IMG/VR virus record: IMGVR_UViG_3300005336_000021
DNA: 20,000 nucleotides
DNA from: an uncultured virus (IMG/VR IMGVR_UViG_3300005336_000021)
Lineage: Duplodnaviria; Heunggongvirae; Uroviricota; Caudoviricetes
Strand: one strand, 5' to 3'
Shown here: positions 1 to 7,812 of the stretch, one piece after another
Layout of the letters: each line of letters begins with the position of its first letter
Position numbering within the stretch: the first letter of the stretch is position 1
Made by a program: the position numbers and the translations under genes
The notes under the pieces: generated by a model
What the model saw: the letters and a program-made list of their open reading frames with translations, nothing else
The model's database searches: none
What the model was told of the DNA's origin: nothing

Positions 1-74
1 TTGTTGATGAGTGTTGGAGTTTGCGCGGACACCAGCAACGGAAAAGCCAAAAGCAAAAGAATGAGATTTTTCAT
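1..74 (-). CDS. 5' part of a protein with an N-terminal Sec-type signal peptide (continues beyond the window edge); position suggests tail/fibre-associated
   Basis: My translation from ATG at 74: MKNLILLLLAFPLLVSAQTPTLIN..., open to base 1; ATGA overlap with the stop of 71..451; basic n-region, hydrophobic h-region, VSA|Q cleavage-like site. Not in the ORF track. Confidence 0.7.
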   Translation of the reverse strand, partial: MKNLILLLLAFPLLVSAQTPTLIN

Positions 75-451
75 AGGAAGAATAGATGGTAGTGAAGGAC
101 GTAGGTGGTTGCATCTGTCATGCCGGTTAGAGCAAAGTCGAAACCATCCGTGGTGGGAGCGCCGATGATTGCCGCTGCTATGACTCCCCCTCCCACTGGG
201 CTCTGGACAGTCAGCAAGACAGAGGTGGGAGCATCGTCAAGGTCAAGTCCTTCAACAGATCCATCGCTCACTCCATTCCCAAGAGCGAGAGTCCCGTGAA
301 CCCCTGTCGCCGTGTCAATGAAAGTCGCTAAGTCCGCGAGCGACATTCTGAAGTCGTCACCTATATCGTAAGGCGACCTTGTCAGATACAATTCGTCGGT
401 GGCTAAGCCCGGCGCACCATTATCCATTTCATGAATGTTTTTACCCGCCAT
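71..451 (-). CDS. short tail fibre/decoration-like protein (N-terminal attachment-type module plus C-terminal beta-rich gp53/H-lectin-like domain)
   Basis: SD-like AGGAG upstream of ATG 451; N-terminus (MAGKNIHEM...DELYL...RMSLADL) resembles the KISEL-type N-terminal motif of phage fibre proteins; C-terminus with P.SV.LT...TTDGF.....Y.LHY pattern; lies after Dit-like gene. Confidence 0.5.
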   Translation of the reverse strand: MAGKNIHEMDNGAPGLATDELYLTRSPYDIGDDFRMSLADLATFIDTATGVHGTLALGNGVSDGSVEGLDLDDAPTSVLLTVQSPVGGGVIAAAIIGAPTTDGFDFALTGMTDATTYVLHYHLFFL

Positions 452-881
452 AGGTTACTCCTGATTGAAGGATGTTACCGTCATCCCCCGCCAATAGAAT
501 TGGCTCGTTAGATTCACCTGATAGAGCAAGGAAAGTATGAAGATCTGTCACGATCTGAAGAGATCCTTTTACCGTCACAACCCCATCCAAATGGGCAGTG
601 GAATACCTTGCTTCCATGAAGGCCACCACCTTGTCCTCTCCGTAGAGTGTGATGATAAAAGTCTCCGACCCGTTGCTAAGAGTGTCATCAAAGAACGATT
701 TGAAAGTAACGAACTGATCAACCCTGAAGACCCATTCAACATCACTCACCAAAAAAGGATTGGTGTAGAAACGGCGCTTGCGAATCCGCCCGCTTTCCAT
801 TTCTGTCTGCCCACCCCTTGGGGATGTTTCCACTTGAGAACTCATCATCGGCAGCGGCAAGGATGATGGCCAATTGTTCAT
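441..881 (-). CDS. distal tail (Dit)-like virion protein, paralog 2
   Basis: N-terminal WPSSLPLP, MESGRIRKRRF, W.F...QF..F..FF.D.L.NG motifs; clearly similar to the N-terminal domain of 3215..4282. Confidence 0.7.
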   Translation of the reverse strand: MNNWPSSLPLPMMSSQVETSPRGGQTEMESGRIRKRRFYTNPFLVSDVEWVFRVDQFVTFKSFFDDTLSNGSETFIITLYGEDKVVAFMEARYSTAHLDGVVTVKGSLQIVTDLHTFLALSGESNEPILLAGDDGNILQSGVTYGG

Positions 882-892
882 ATTGCCAGTTA

Positions 893-917
893 AGACAGGT
901 CAAGTAGACAGGGCAAG
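893..917. repeat. tandem 12-bp direct repeat in the 41-bp intergenic gap
   Basis: agacaggtcaag (893-904) and agacagggcaag (906-917), 11/12 identical, 13-bp period. Confidence 0.6.
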
Positions 918-922
918 CAAAA

Positions 923-2026
923 TCATCTGATAGTAAAGTAAGCTGAAAAGATAGAACCTTTCACCTCGGCTGGGACCACATCTACAAAACCCCCAAAGTG
1001 ATGAACTATATTCCGCACAGCCGCCAATCCCATTCCTGTCCCTTTGTCCGGAGACTTGGTGGTGAAGAAGGGTTGGAAGATGTTTTTCAAGACATCTGGA
1101 TGGATGCCGCTTCCATCGTCCTCAACACTGATCCTGCAAAATCTTCCTGATACGGGGCCTCCGTTCACCGTAGGTTTGTGGTTCGTGAGATTCACATCTT
1201 CCCCTTTTAGGATGATGGTCTTGGCTCCTGCATCCCTCGCGTTCACACAGAAGTTCAAGATCACCTGGCGAATCCCCACAGGGTCAATAGCGAAGACGGC
1301 TCCCGTTGTCACTTCAGATTTAATCATAACCCCTGGTATCATCCTGGGCAAATCTTGAAGGAATTCTAGGATAACCACCTTCACCGAGACATCGTCCCGG
1401 AAGCCATTCCTTCCTGAGACGAAACGCATCATCCTGTTCACCATCTCTACAATCCTATCGGCCGACCGCTGAGCCGACTTCAAAAGGGCCATCCTGTTTG
1501 CTGGAGTGTATTCCTCAGAAAGATGAAGAACTCCCATTATGGGAGTGAGCATGTTCCTCATGTCATGCGCGATTCCAGTGGCCACTTCACCTACCAGTTT
1601 CTGACGCTGAACCTCTAGCACCTTTCTCTGAGCCTCAAGAATTGTTTCGTGGGCTTCAACGAGCTTCCTCTCCCGCTCCCTGTCCCTCAAGGCTTTGCGA
1701 ATGGCCCACGCTAGACGATGAGGCCTGTCTTTGAGCAGAACGTCATCAACCTGCTCTAACTCCAAACTAGGGATCATCGAATCATCAATCGTCCCAGAAA
1801 GAATCAGGACGGGGATATTGGGCCACTGTTTTCGAACCATCGTGGTCGCATGAACCCCACCCCAGCCTGGAATGTTGTAATCTAGGATGACGAGGTCAAA
1901 CCTTTCAACGATAGCCTTCTCAAACTCTGCCTTCGTCTTGACGTCAATCAATTCGACATTCTCTGGAAGGTAATGCCGAGTCAGGATGATGTCATTCTCG
2001 GAGTCTTCCAGTATCAGAATTCTCAT
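923..2026 (-). CDS. soluble hybrid sensor histidine kinase (REC-HisKA-HATPase_c)
   Basis: REC: ILILEDSEND, DLVILDYNIPG (phospho-Asp), LSG, LLKD; H-box GIAHDMRNMLTPI; N-box QVILNFCVNARDA; G1 VEDDGSGI; F-box IFQPFFTTK; G2 GTGMGLAAV; no TM segment. Confidence 0.95.
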   Translation of the reverse strand: MRILILEDSENDIILTRHYLPENVELIDVKTKAEFEKAIVERFDLVILDYNIPGWGGVHATTMVRKQWPNIPVLILSGTIDDSMIPSLELEQVDDVLLKDRPHRLAWAIRKALRDRERERKLVEAHETILEAQRKVLEVQRQKLVGEVATGIAHDMRNMLTPIMGVLHLSEEYTPANRMALLKSAQRSADRIVEMVNRMMRFVSGRNGFRDDVSVKVVILEFLQDLPRMIPGVMIKSEVTTGAVFAIDPVGIRQVILNFCVNARDAGAKTIILKGEDVNLTNHKPTVNGGPVSGRFCRISVEDDGSGIHPDVLKNIFQPFFTTKSPDKGTGMGLAAVRNIVHHFGGFVDVVPAEVKGSIFSAYFTIR

Positions 2027-2382
2027 GTCTCGTCAGTGGGTTTTGGTTTTTGGATGAACTGAAGAGGATCACCTGGAACATGGGGATGGATGTGGACATC
2101 ATCGTCAGGAGTCAGTTCGCGCTTGATAGAAGGCAAGGGAGATTGTTTCAGATAGAGAATAGCACCTCCCATTCCGCTCCCAAGGAACACAAGCCCCATC
2201 TGTTTGATATCTAGCAGCTCAGTTCCCATCCCCATCGCGTAACCAAGCCCCAGTCCCCCCTGTGTCGTTCCTACCGTCATTCCACCTGAAATGAAGGCAC
2301 CAACCAATCCATGAGCCCAGCGAGCTGTTCGGCGCTTCACCACCTTGCGCCAAAACATCGTTGTCTCGCTGGGCTTGGCCAT
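2023..2382 (-). CDS. holin-like small membrane protein (about 2 TM segments)
   Basis: Basic N-terminus, hydrophobic stretches WAHGLVGAFISGGMTVG and MGLVFLGSGMGGAILYL followed by KQSPLP, charged C-tail; ATGA overlap with the kinase start. Confidence 0.5.
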   Translation of the reverse strand: MAKPSETTMFWRKVVKRRTARWAHGLVGAFISGGMTVGTTQGGLGLGYAMGMGTELLDIKQMGLVFLGSGMGGAILYLKQSPLPSIKRELTPDDDVHIHPHVPGDPLQFIQKPKPTDET

Positions 2383-2389
2383 AAGAGAA

Positions 2390-2519
2390 TTCTACCACTG
2401 CCACCCCTACACGGGATGGAGCAAAGGGACAATCAGAGAACCCTGGGGTTTTCCTGAAACCATGACAGTTTGAAGGGCCAGGGCCTTTTAACCCTTTGCC
2501 GATCGATCCAGTGGTAGAA
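2390..2519 (-). ncRNA. candidate structured cis-regulatory RNA (three-way junction) filling the intergenic region
   Basis: P1 TTCTACCACTG(2519-2509)/CAGTGGTAGAA(2400-2390), 11 bp perfect; P2 GGCAAAGGG/CCCTTTGCT enclosing GGCCCTGG/CCAGGGTT and AAAC/GTTT; P3 CCATCCC-GTGTA-GGGGTGG (2419-2401); non-WC pairs are G-U on the minus strand. Confidence 0.5.
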
Positions 2520-2524
2520 AGTTT

Positions 2525-2722
2525 TCAACTTGGCTCGATCTTCCACTCCGGCCCGGCAAAAGCAGTTCCACCTGGTCGGAGGGAGGCGATGCGATCGTCC
2601 CTCGCTGCCTGTTCTTCAATGCTGATCTCCCCCGTCTTCACCATCTCCTGAAGGAGAGGACCAAGACCCTCGAGTAGATCGAGAGCCCCATCAATTGCTG
2701 TCAATACGGTTTGAGCTTTCAT
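2525..2722 (-). CDS. small helical hypothetical protein coupled to the lipoprotein
   Basis: 65 aa, ATGA overlap with the stop of 2719..3144, amphipathic N-terminal helix. Confidence 0.7.
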   Translation of the reverse strand: MKAQTVLTAIDGALDLLEGLGPLLQEMVKTGEISIEEQAARDDRIASLRPGGTAFAGPEWKIEPS

Positions 2723-3144
2723 GGTTTTGGAGTCACTGCGGGTGGTATGTTCATTTCTCGACTGGCTAAGTAACCAGTCGCCTCACGGACAGCCTGACGG
2801 ATTGTATCGAGCGCCTTCTGAAAGGCCGTCCGATTTTCCTCAGTTGGATTTGCTTTGTAGGCATCCCTGAGTTTGATGGCGCTGGCGATCCATTCAGGGG
2901 CTCCTGCCCTAACCCTGTCAGCAGCCTTCTTGATCTCCGGTGTCTCCTTCAAGACCGCCCGGTTCTCGTATTCCCATTTGACGAACCGATGCATCACTTC
3001 ATACCCCGTTGTGATGGCTAGATCAGCGTCATAGAGGAATTTGTCTCCTTGATAAACCCCTTGGGGGGCCAACGTGCCACAACCATTGGTGCATCCACCA
3101 ATGAGAGCGACTGATAACATCAGCAATATGATTGACTTTTTCAT
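2719..3144 (-). CDS. lipoprotein, helical (possible spanin-like/lysis accessory or exclusion protein)
   Basis: MKK + hydrophobic core + lipobox-like LIGG|C; mature part predicted helical. Confidence 0.7.
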   Translation of the reverse strand: MKKSIILLMLSVALIGGCTNGCGTLAPQGVYQGDKFLYDADLAITTGYEVMHRFVKWEYENRAVLKETPEIKKAADRVRAGAPEWIASAIKLRDAYKANPTEENRTAFQKALDTIRQAVREATGYLASREMNIPPAVTPKP

Positions 3145-3214
3145 GATTCAGACTTTCTAGTTTCCAACCATCCACCATACCCTAACAACACCTCCCAAAG
3201 ATTACTAGAAGAAA

Positions 3215-4282
3215 TTAGTAAATTGAATATCTTGAATTCAATTGATTCGTCACAACCTCCACCTCATCGTCCGTGAGTGCGTAGTCATAAACCTTGATGT
3301 CCGCGATGTAGCAATGAATGTAATCTTGACCACGACCGATACGAGCTACGGATGGAAAACCTGTAAAACCATTCAACGTGTAGATAGCAGGAGCGGTTCC
3401 ATTCATCGCCCACGCATGAGCACTGGTAAGGTTGTTCCAACGGTGCATGTGAATGGCCTTCTCAGAAGGGAAGGGAGTGCTGTAAAGTCCATGACTATAC
3501 TTAGAAACGATCTCAGCATCGGAGGCATTAGTCACAATAAGGTCGGCGCTCCAAGCAGAAGGGTTTCCCACTCCATCCATGAAGATGAACCCTGCACCAT
3601 TCCCACGCCAGGAAAGAGGACAGCTGAATTCTTTGTAGGTCAGGATCTGCCAGACGATGAACATCGTCCAGCTAGGAATCGACGAAGCCGTGAAATCCAT
3701 GAAGTCATCGACACCATCAAACATGACAGCAGGCTCGGTTCCGAAGATGCCCTCCTTGAAGAGAGGTCTCCTAGCAGACTCTATTTGAACAGCCGAGCGC
3801 GAGTATCCGCTAATGTCCGGCCAGACACTGAACTGAGCATTGTCTGCCACCCCTGTGATTGAACTAGCTTCCCAGCTCGCCACCAGCCCTGGAGTCACCG
3901 CCGAAGAGGGGACAGTCTCAATCAGTTCAAGACCAGCCTTTACATGGAAGATGCCTTCATCATACTCCCGCTGATAGCCTCCCTCAAACCTGACAGTCCA
4001 CTCTGACAATATCGAGGTCTCAGGGTATCTCAATTCGATCTTGAACTGGCCAGTCCCATTGCCGAGATCGTCTTGGAAGAAGTCTACGAAGGTCTGCATC
4101 TGAACAGCCGAGAAGCACCAGGCCACTGATAGTGTAGTATAGGACCGGGTAAAGCGAGATCGACGGACGATCGCAGCATTCTCAGTGGGACTCGTGAGGG
4201 TTGCATTCCTAGGCCTCCCTGAGAACTCTACTTTCGGCAACGGCAGGCTTGTCGGCCAGGTATTGTCAACTTGGAGGATCAT
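3215..4282 (-). CDS. distal tail (Dit)-like protein fused to a C-terminal LamG/concanavalin-A-like domain
   Basis: Immediately after the tape measure (ATGA overlap); N-terminal WPTSLPLP...RRSRF...F..FF.DDL.NG; C-terminal W...S..W.D.SG...FDGVDD...IADIKVYDYALTDDEV, typical of LamG-like jelly-rolls. Confidence 0.75.
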   Translation of the reverse strand: MILQVDNTWPTSLPLPKVEFSGRPRNATLTSPTENAAIVRRSRFTRSYTTLSVAWCFSAVQMQTFVDFFQDDLGNGTGQFKIELRYPETSILSEWTVRFEGGYQREYDEGIFHVKAGLELIETVPSSAVTPGLVASWEASSITGVADNAQFSVWPDISGYSRSAVQIESARRPLFKEGIFGTEPAVMFDGVDDFMDFTASSIPSWTMFIVWQILTYKEFSCPLSWRGNGAGFIFMDGVGNPSAWSADLIVTNASDAEIVSKYSHGLYSTPFPSEKAIHMHRWNNLTSAHAWAMNGTAPAIYTLNGFTGFPSVARIGRGQDYIHCYIADIKVYDYALTDDEVEVVTNQLNSRYSIY

Positions 4283-7113
4283 TTGCCTCTCCTCAACCCA
4301 TAGCTAGATTCTACGGCGCGAGTCACATCACCTCTCCCATCTCGTATCTCAGAACTGATCTCACCTTTGACACGACGGAGGACGATTTCCACGACCCTTT
4401 CTTCACCGTCAGTTCTTTCCTTCACCTCTGGTCGGACGTCTGTGTAATTGTTGATGACGACTCGAGTCCCTCCACCCAGTTTGTCATTTGGGACGATCGT
4501 TCCATTGCTTGATGGAGAGAAGATCTCAGGACCTCTTTCACCCACCAGGTAATTCTGCCCACGAGAGACCATTCCACCTGTTGCTCGCTCACCACTAACC
4601 TCGAGATTGATTGACTGAATGGTCGACATGATACTCGCCGCCGCGGCGACGACCGAAGCTATCGCAGCCAAATTAGCGGGCCACGGAAGGGCGAGGGCCT
4701 CGGCGATACCCTGTTGGATCTTGATGGCTGACGTAGCAATAGCCATCGCTTTGGACGCGGCGAACATCGCTTTGTAGGCTGCCGTCTGCCTACCCCCAAA
4801 CGATTCAATCGTTTTGGCCAGTTCGTCGAACATGTTCTGACCGGACTGAATAAGAATCTGGGCCTGGGCCATCTGAAGTTGCTGGAGGCGACGGTTGTAG
4901 GCTTCGACGGCTGCGAGCTTCTCCTTGTTCGCCTTGTCCCCTAAATCGATGCCCTTCTTTTCAATCTCCGCTAAGATCCTGAGTTTGTTCTGATTCATCT
5001 CGATCTCGCGGGCGATTGCAGATTCCTGAGCCACCAAACGATCCGAAAACAAATCTTCAGTCACCCCACCTGCTCCTGCATTATGACCAATGATCCCATG
5101 AGCCCTGAGCAAATCTGCTGTCTTCTCAGAACTGAGTTCACCCTGCTGCCCAAGCTTCATCGAATCGATCAACTCGGAACCGCTGATGTTCCTCATCATC
5201 GCTGCCTCTCCTCTGGAGAAGAGTTGGGACTTAGGAGGCTGGCCGAGGAGTTTCAACAGTTCAGTCACCTGGAGATCGTTCAGCATCCGCCGGATCTTCT
5301 CGCCGCCTCCTTTAGCAGCATCACCCACCCTAGCCACTGCCTCCTCGAGTCCCTTGGTGCTCTTGGTCGCGTCGTCGATGCCCTTTGTCATGTCCTTCAG
5401 GTGAGGATCCAACTCAGGGAAAAGGGCGGTAGCAAACTTCAGAAAACCACTCCACTCCCCCAGCAACTCTTTCACCGCCTCCTTGCTACCGTCTGCAAAT
5501 TTCTTATTGATGTCACTAGACTTCTGACTAGCTTCATCCAAAACCTTGAGAGAATCTACCACACCATCCTTGATAGCCCTCCCGGCATTCCTGACCGAGT
5601 TCATCCTCTCCACTTGCATCTTGACGTAGGCCCCTGCGGCTCCTGCAAAATCCCGCTTGAACAGTGCCTCCATCACGTCCGCTGTTCCTGACGCGGCTCC
5701 ACCCAGCGCAAACAAACCGTCAATGATAGCACCAATCGAATCCCACCAGATCTTGAAGAGTTTGATCTGGACGCTGACGGAAAGTTCTAAGCGAGCGAGA
5801 TCCCTGGATATCAATACATCAAGAACGATGGTGAGGGACTTGATGGCTGTCCAAGCCATTCCCACCCCCAGCGCAAAAAACTTGAAGATGTCAATCAACG
5901 TCATCAAGATTGCAGTCAACCAGCCACTCTCCTTCTGAGTTTCAACAAGCCACCTTATGACTTGCCTCATATTCGTGTTGAGTTCTTCCAGCGCAGGGAC
6001 GAGACTCTCTCCGAGAGTGATCAAGAAATTCTTCAACTGATTGGATGTGATTGTCCACTGATTGGCAAAGGATTTCAATTGCCTTTCAGAGACATCCTCT
6101 ACCGTCCCACCTGCCGCCCGCAGATCCTTCTCAAACCCCCGGACTCTTTCAGAAAATCCAATCAAGGCAAGAAGAGCCGACAATGAACGATCATGGAAAC
6201 CAAGCAATTGAAAAGCCGTCCTTCTCAACTCGACCGAAGCACCAGACATGACGTCCTCAAGATCCTTCAGGATGTCAGCAGTGTTCCTCATGTTGCCCTG
6301 AGCATCGAACACACTGATACCCAGTTCCTTGAAAGCCTCTTTGTTGGTGATTGCTGTTCTCTGGAGATCACGAAGAACAATAGCAAGAGCTTCACCAGCC
6401 GCTTCACCACGCAGACCCTGCTCGGCGAAAGCGGCTAGGACAGCCACACCCTCTTCAACATCCTTGTTCGCCATCCTCAACGCGGCAGCGGCTTTGTTCG
6501 ACAAGGCCTCAGCAAACTGTTCAACTGTGCCTTGCGCTAAGATATCTGCCTTCACTAAGACATCGGCCACCCTAGCCATGTTCTTCATATACTGGGTGGT
6601 ATCACCCACCTTCAATCCCAAAGCCGCCTGGGCGCTGGTAAGAAGTGAGGTGGCCTTCTCCATCTCAAAAGCACCTGCGGTGGCGAACTTCATCGCAACG
6701 GGCAAAGCCACCATCTGCTGCTCAACAGTCAAACCGGCCGATGCGAGGAAGTAGTAAGAATGGGCAAGTTCCTCGGCTGATTTGATACCTTCACCTGAAA
6801 GAGACAGAGCCAACTCTTCCATCTTCTTCTTGGTCCTGTCACTCAGGTTCCCCATGATGGCAGTGGACTCCGTCATGGCTTTGTTGAACCGAGCAAATTC
6901 AGCAACCGCCGCCGCTCCTATGACACTGAACGCCACTGTCATCCCAGCCGACAGTCTCGTGGCTGTCCTCAGCATCATATCCGCCGTGGAAATCATTCCA
7001 CGCTCGGCATCCATCAATCCGCTCAAGAGACTGGATGGATCAGCAGACAACCGAACGAAGAGGGTGCCTAGCGCAATCCCACCAACCCCTCCTCCAATTG
7101 ATGAAGATATCAT
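4279..7113 (-). CDS. tail tape measure protein (TP901-type core)
   Basis: 944 aa, Ala/Leu-rich helical; LGTLFVRLSAD N-terminus, YFLASAG and GEAAGEAL core motifs, C-terminal RATGG.V..G..YLVGERGPEIF.P...G.IVPN; follows the chaperone genes. Confidence 0.95.
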   Translation of the reverse strand: MISSSIGGGVGGIALGTLFVRLSADPSSLLSGLMDAERGMISTADMMLRTATRLSAGMTVAFSVIGAAAVAEFARFNKAMTESTAIMGNLSDRTKKKMEELALSLSGEGIKSAEELAHSYYFLASAGLTVEQQMVALPVAMKFATAGAFEMEKATSLLTSAQAALGLKVGDTTQYMKNMARVADVLVKADILAQGTVEQFAEALSNKAAAALRMANKDVEEGVAVLAAFAEQGLRGEAAGEALAIVLRDLQRTAITNKEAFKELGISVFDAQGNMRNTADILKDLEDVMSGASVELRRTAFQLLGFHDRSLSALLALIGFSERVRGFEKDLRAAGGTVEDVSERQLKSFANQWTITSNQLKNFLITLGESLVPALEELNTNMRQVIRWLVETQKESGWLTAILMTLIDIFKFFALGVGMAWTAIKSLTIVLDVLISRDLARLELSVSVQIKLFKIWWDSIGAIIDGLFALGGAASGTADVMEALFKRDFAGAAGAYVKMQVERMNSVRNAGRAIKDGVVDSLKVLDEASQKSSDINKKFADGSKEAVKELLGEWSGFLKFATALFPELDPHLKDMTKGIDDATKSTKGLEEAVARVGDAAKGGGEKIRRMLNDLQVTELLKLLGQPPKSQLFSRGEAAMMRNISGSELIDSMKLGQQGELSSEKTADLLRAHGIIGHNAGAGGVTEDLFSDRLVAQESAIAREIEMNQNKLRILAEIEKKGIDLGDKANKEKLAAVEAYNRRLQQLQMAQAQILIQSGQNMFDELAKTIESFGGRQTAAYKAMFAASKAMAIATSAIKIQQGIAEALALPWPANLAAIASVVAAAASIMSTIQSINLEVSGERATGGMVSRGQNYLVGERGPEIFSPSSNGTIVPNDKLGGGTRVVINNYTDVRPEVKERTDGEERVVEIVLRRVKGEISSEIRDGRGDVTRAVESSYGLRRGK

Positions 7114-7116
7114 AGG

Positions 7117-7431
7117 TTAATTGAGACTGATTCCCAAAGCAGCCGCCCAGGCCTGCTTAGACATTTTGGACTTCTCTTCTCCTTTATTTCTATCACCAAG
7201 GAGAAAATGATCCACTTTGACATTCCCTGGATGCTTCACGTAACCCCGTCTCACCTCGGCAGCGATTTGGGCGAGATACATATCGCGTTTGGAATCCCTG
7301 CGGTGAACGAGTTTGATGTATTCGAGCCATTCAAGAAATTCAGTGAATGTCATCCGAGACATCAACTCCCGCACTGGAATCCCGAGGTGGGAGGCTACTT
7401 CAAACCAGCACAGCCTCTCACCTCTCAGTCT
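7117..7431 (-). CDS. tail assembly chaperone -1 frame extension (gpT-like; expressed as a ~225-aa G-T fusion)
   Basis: Open -1 frame after A AAA AAA (7437-7431): RLRGERLCWFEVASHLGIPVRELMSRMTFTEFLEW; no convincing independent start. Confidence 0.8.
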   Translation of the reverse strand, partial: RLRGERLCWFEVASHLGIPVRELMSRMTFTEFLEWLEYIKLVHRRDSKRDMYLAQIAAEVRRGYVKHPGNVKVDHFLLGDRNKGEEKSKMSKQAWAAALGISLN

Positions 7432-7437
7432 TTTTTT
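7384..7437 (-). promoter_or_regulatory. programmed -1 ribosomal frameshift signal: slippery heptamer plus 3' stimulatory hairpin
   Basis: GCA AAA AAA GAC TGA at the chaperone end; 6-nt spacer; then GAGGTGAGAGGCTG-(13 nt)-TAGCCTCCCACCTC (7424-7384), 13 of 14 positions paired. Confidence 0.85.
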
Positions 7438-7793
7438 GCTTCGTCGACAGCCTTCTTCGCTTCGGGTTCGTTCAGGTAGTTGATTACCTGCGCCTGCTTG
7501 TAGAGCTCCGAAACCACCGAAGAAGGCCAGCCTTGGATTTCCTTCACCTCGACGAGCTTTCCATCGCGGTAAAGGCACCGGCTGAGAAGGTCAGACTGCA
7601 AACCTTCGAATTTGTTGAGTCCAACGGGACGCCCCTGGGCATCCATCCGCGTCCTCGTTGCCAGTTTGTCCAAGAATTGATCTCGCATCAAACTGGTCAT
7701 TTCACGAAGTTCATAAGCGACCTCGCCCTCCCCGTTCTTGAGGGTAACAGGGAGGACCTTCGTGGTGAGGTCAAGTGAGATGACGTTATCCAT
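7425..7793 (-). CDS. tail assembly chaperone (gpG-like)
   Basis: 122 aa between tail tube and tape measure; ends EAKKD at the slippery site. Confidence 0.85.
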   Translation of the reverse strand: MDNVISLDLTTKVLPVTLKNGEGEVAYELREMTSLMRDQFLDKLATRTRMDAQGRPVGLNKFEGLQSDLLSRCLYRDGKLVEVKEIQGWPSSVVSELYKQAQVINYLNEPEAKKAVDEAKKD

Positions 7794-7812
7794 ACGGCAA
7801 ATGAATTAAGGA

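Noticed and set aside
2390..2519. Rho-independent terminator, tRNA or hammerhead ribozyme
   Set aside because: No U-tract after the stem on the coding strand, no cloverleaf/T-loop, and no CUGANGA/GAAA core at the junction
7432..7578. Independent 153-aa gene starting at 7578
   Set aside because: The first 49 codons overlap the chaperone out of frame; a -1 frameshift explains the downstream part better
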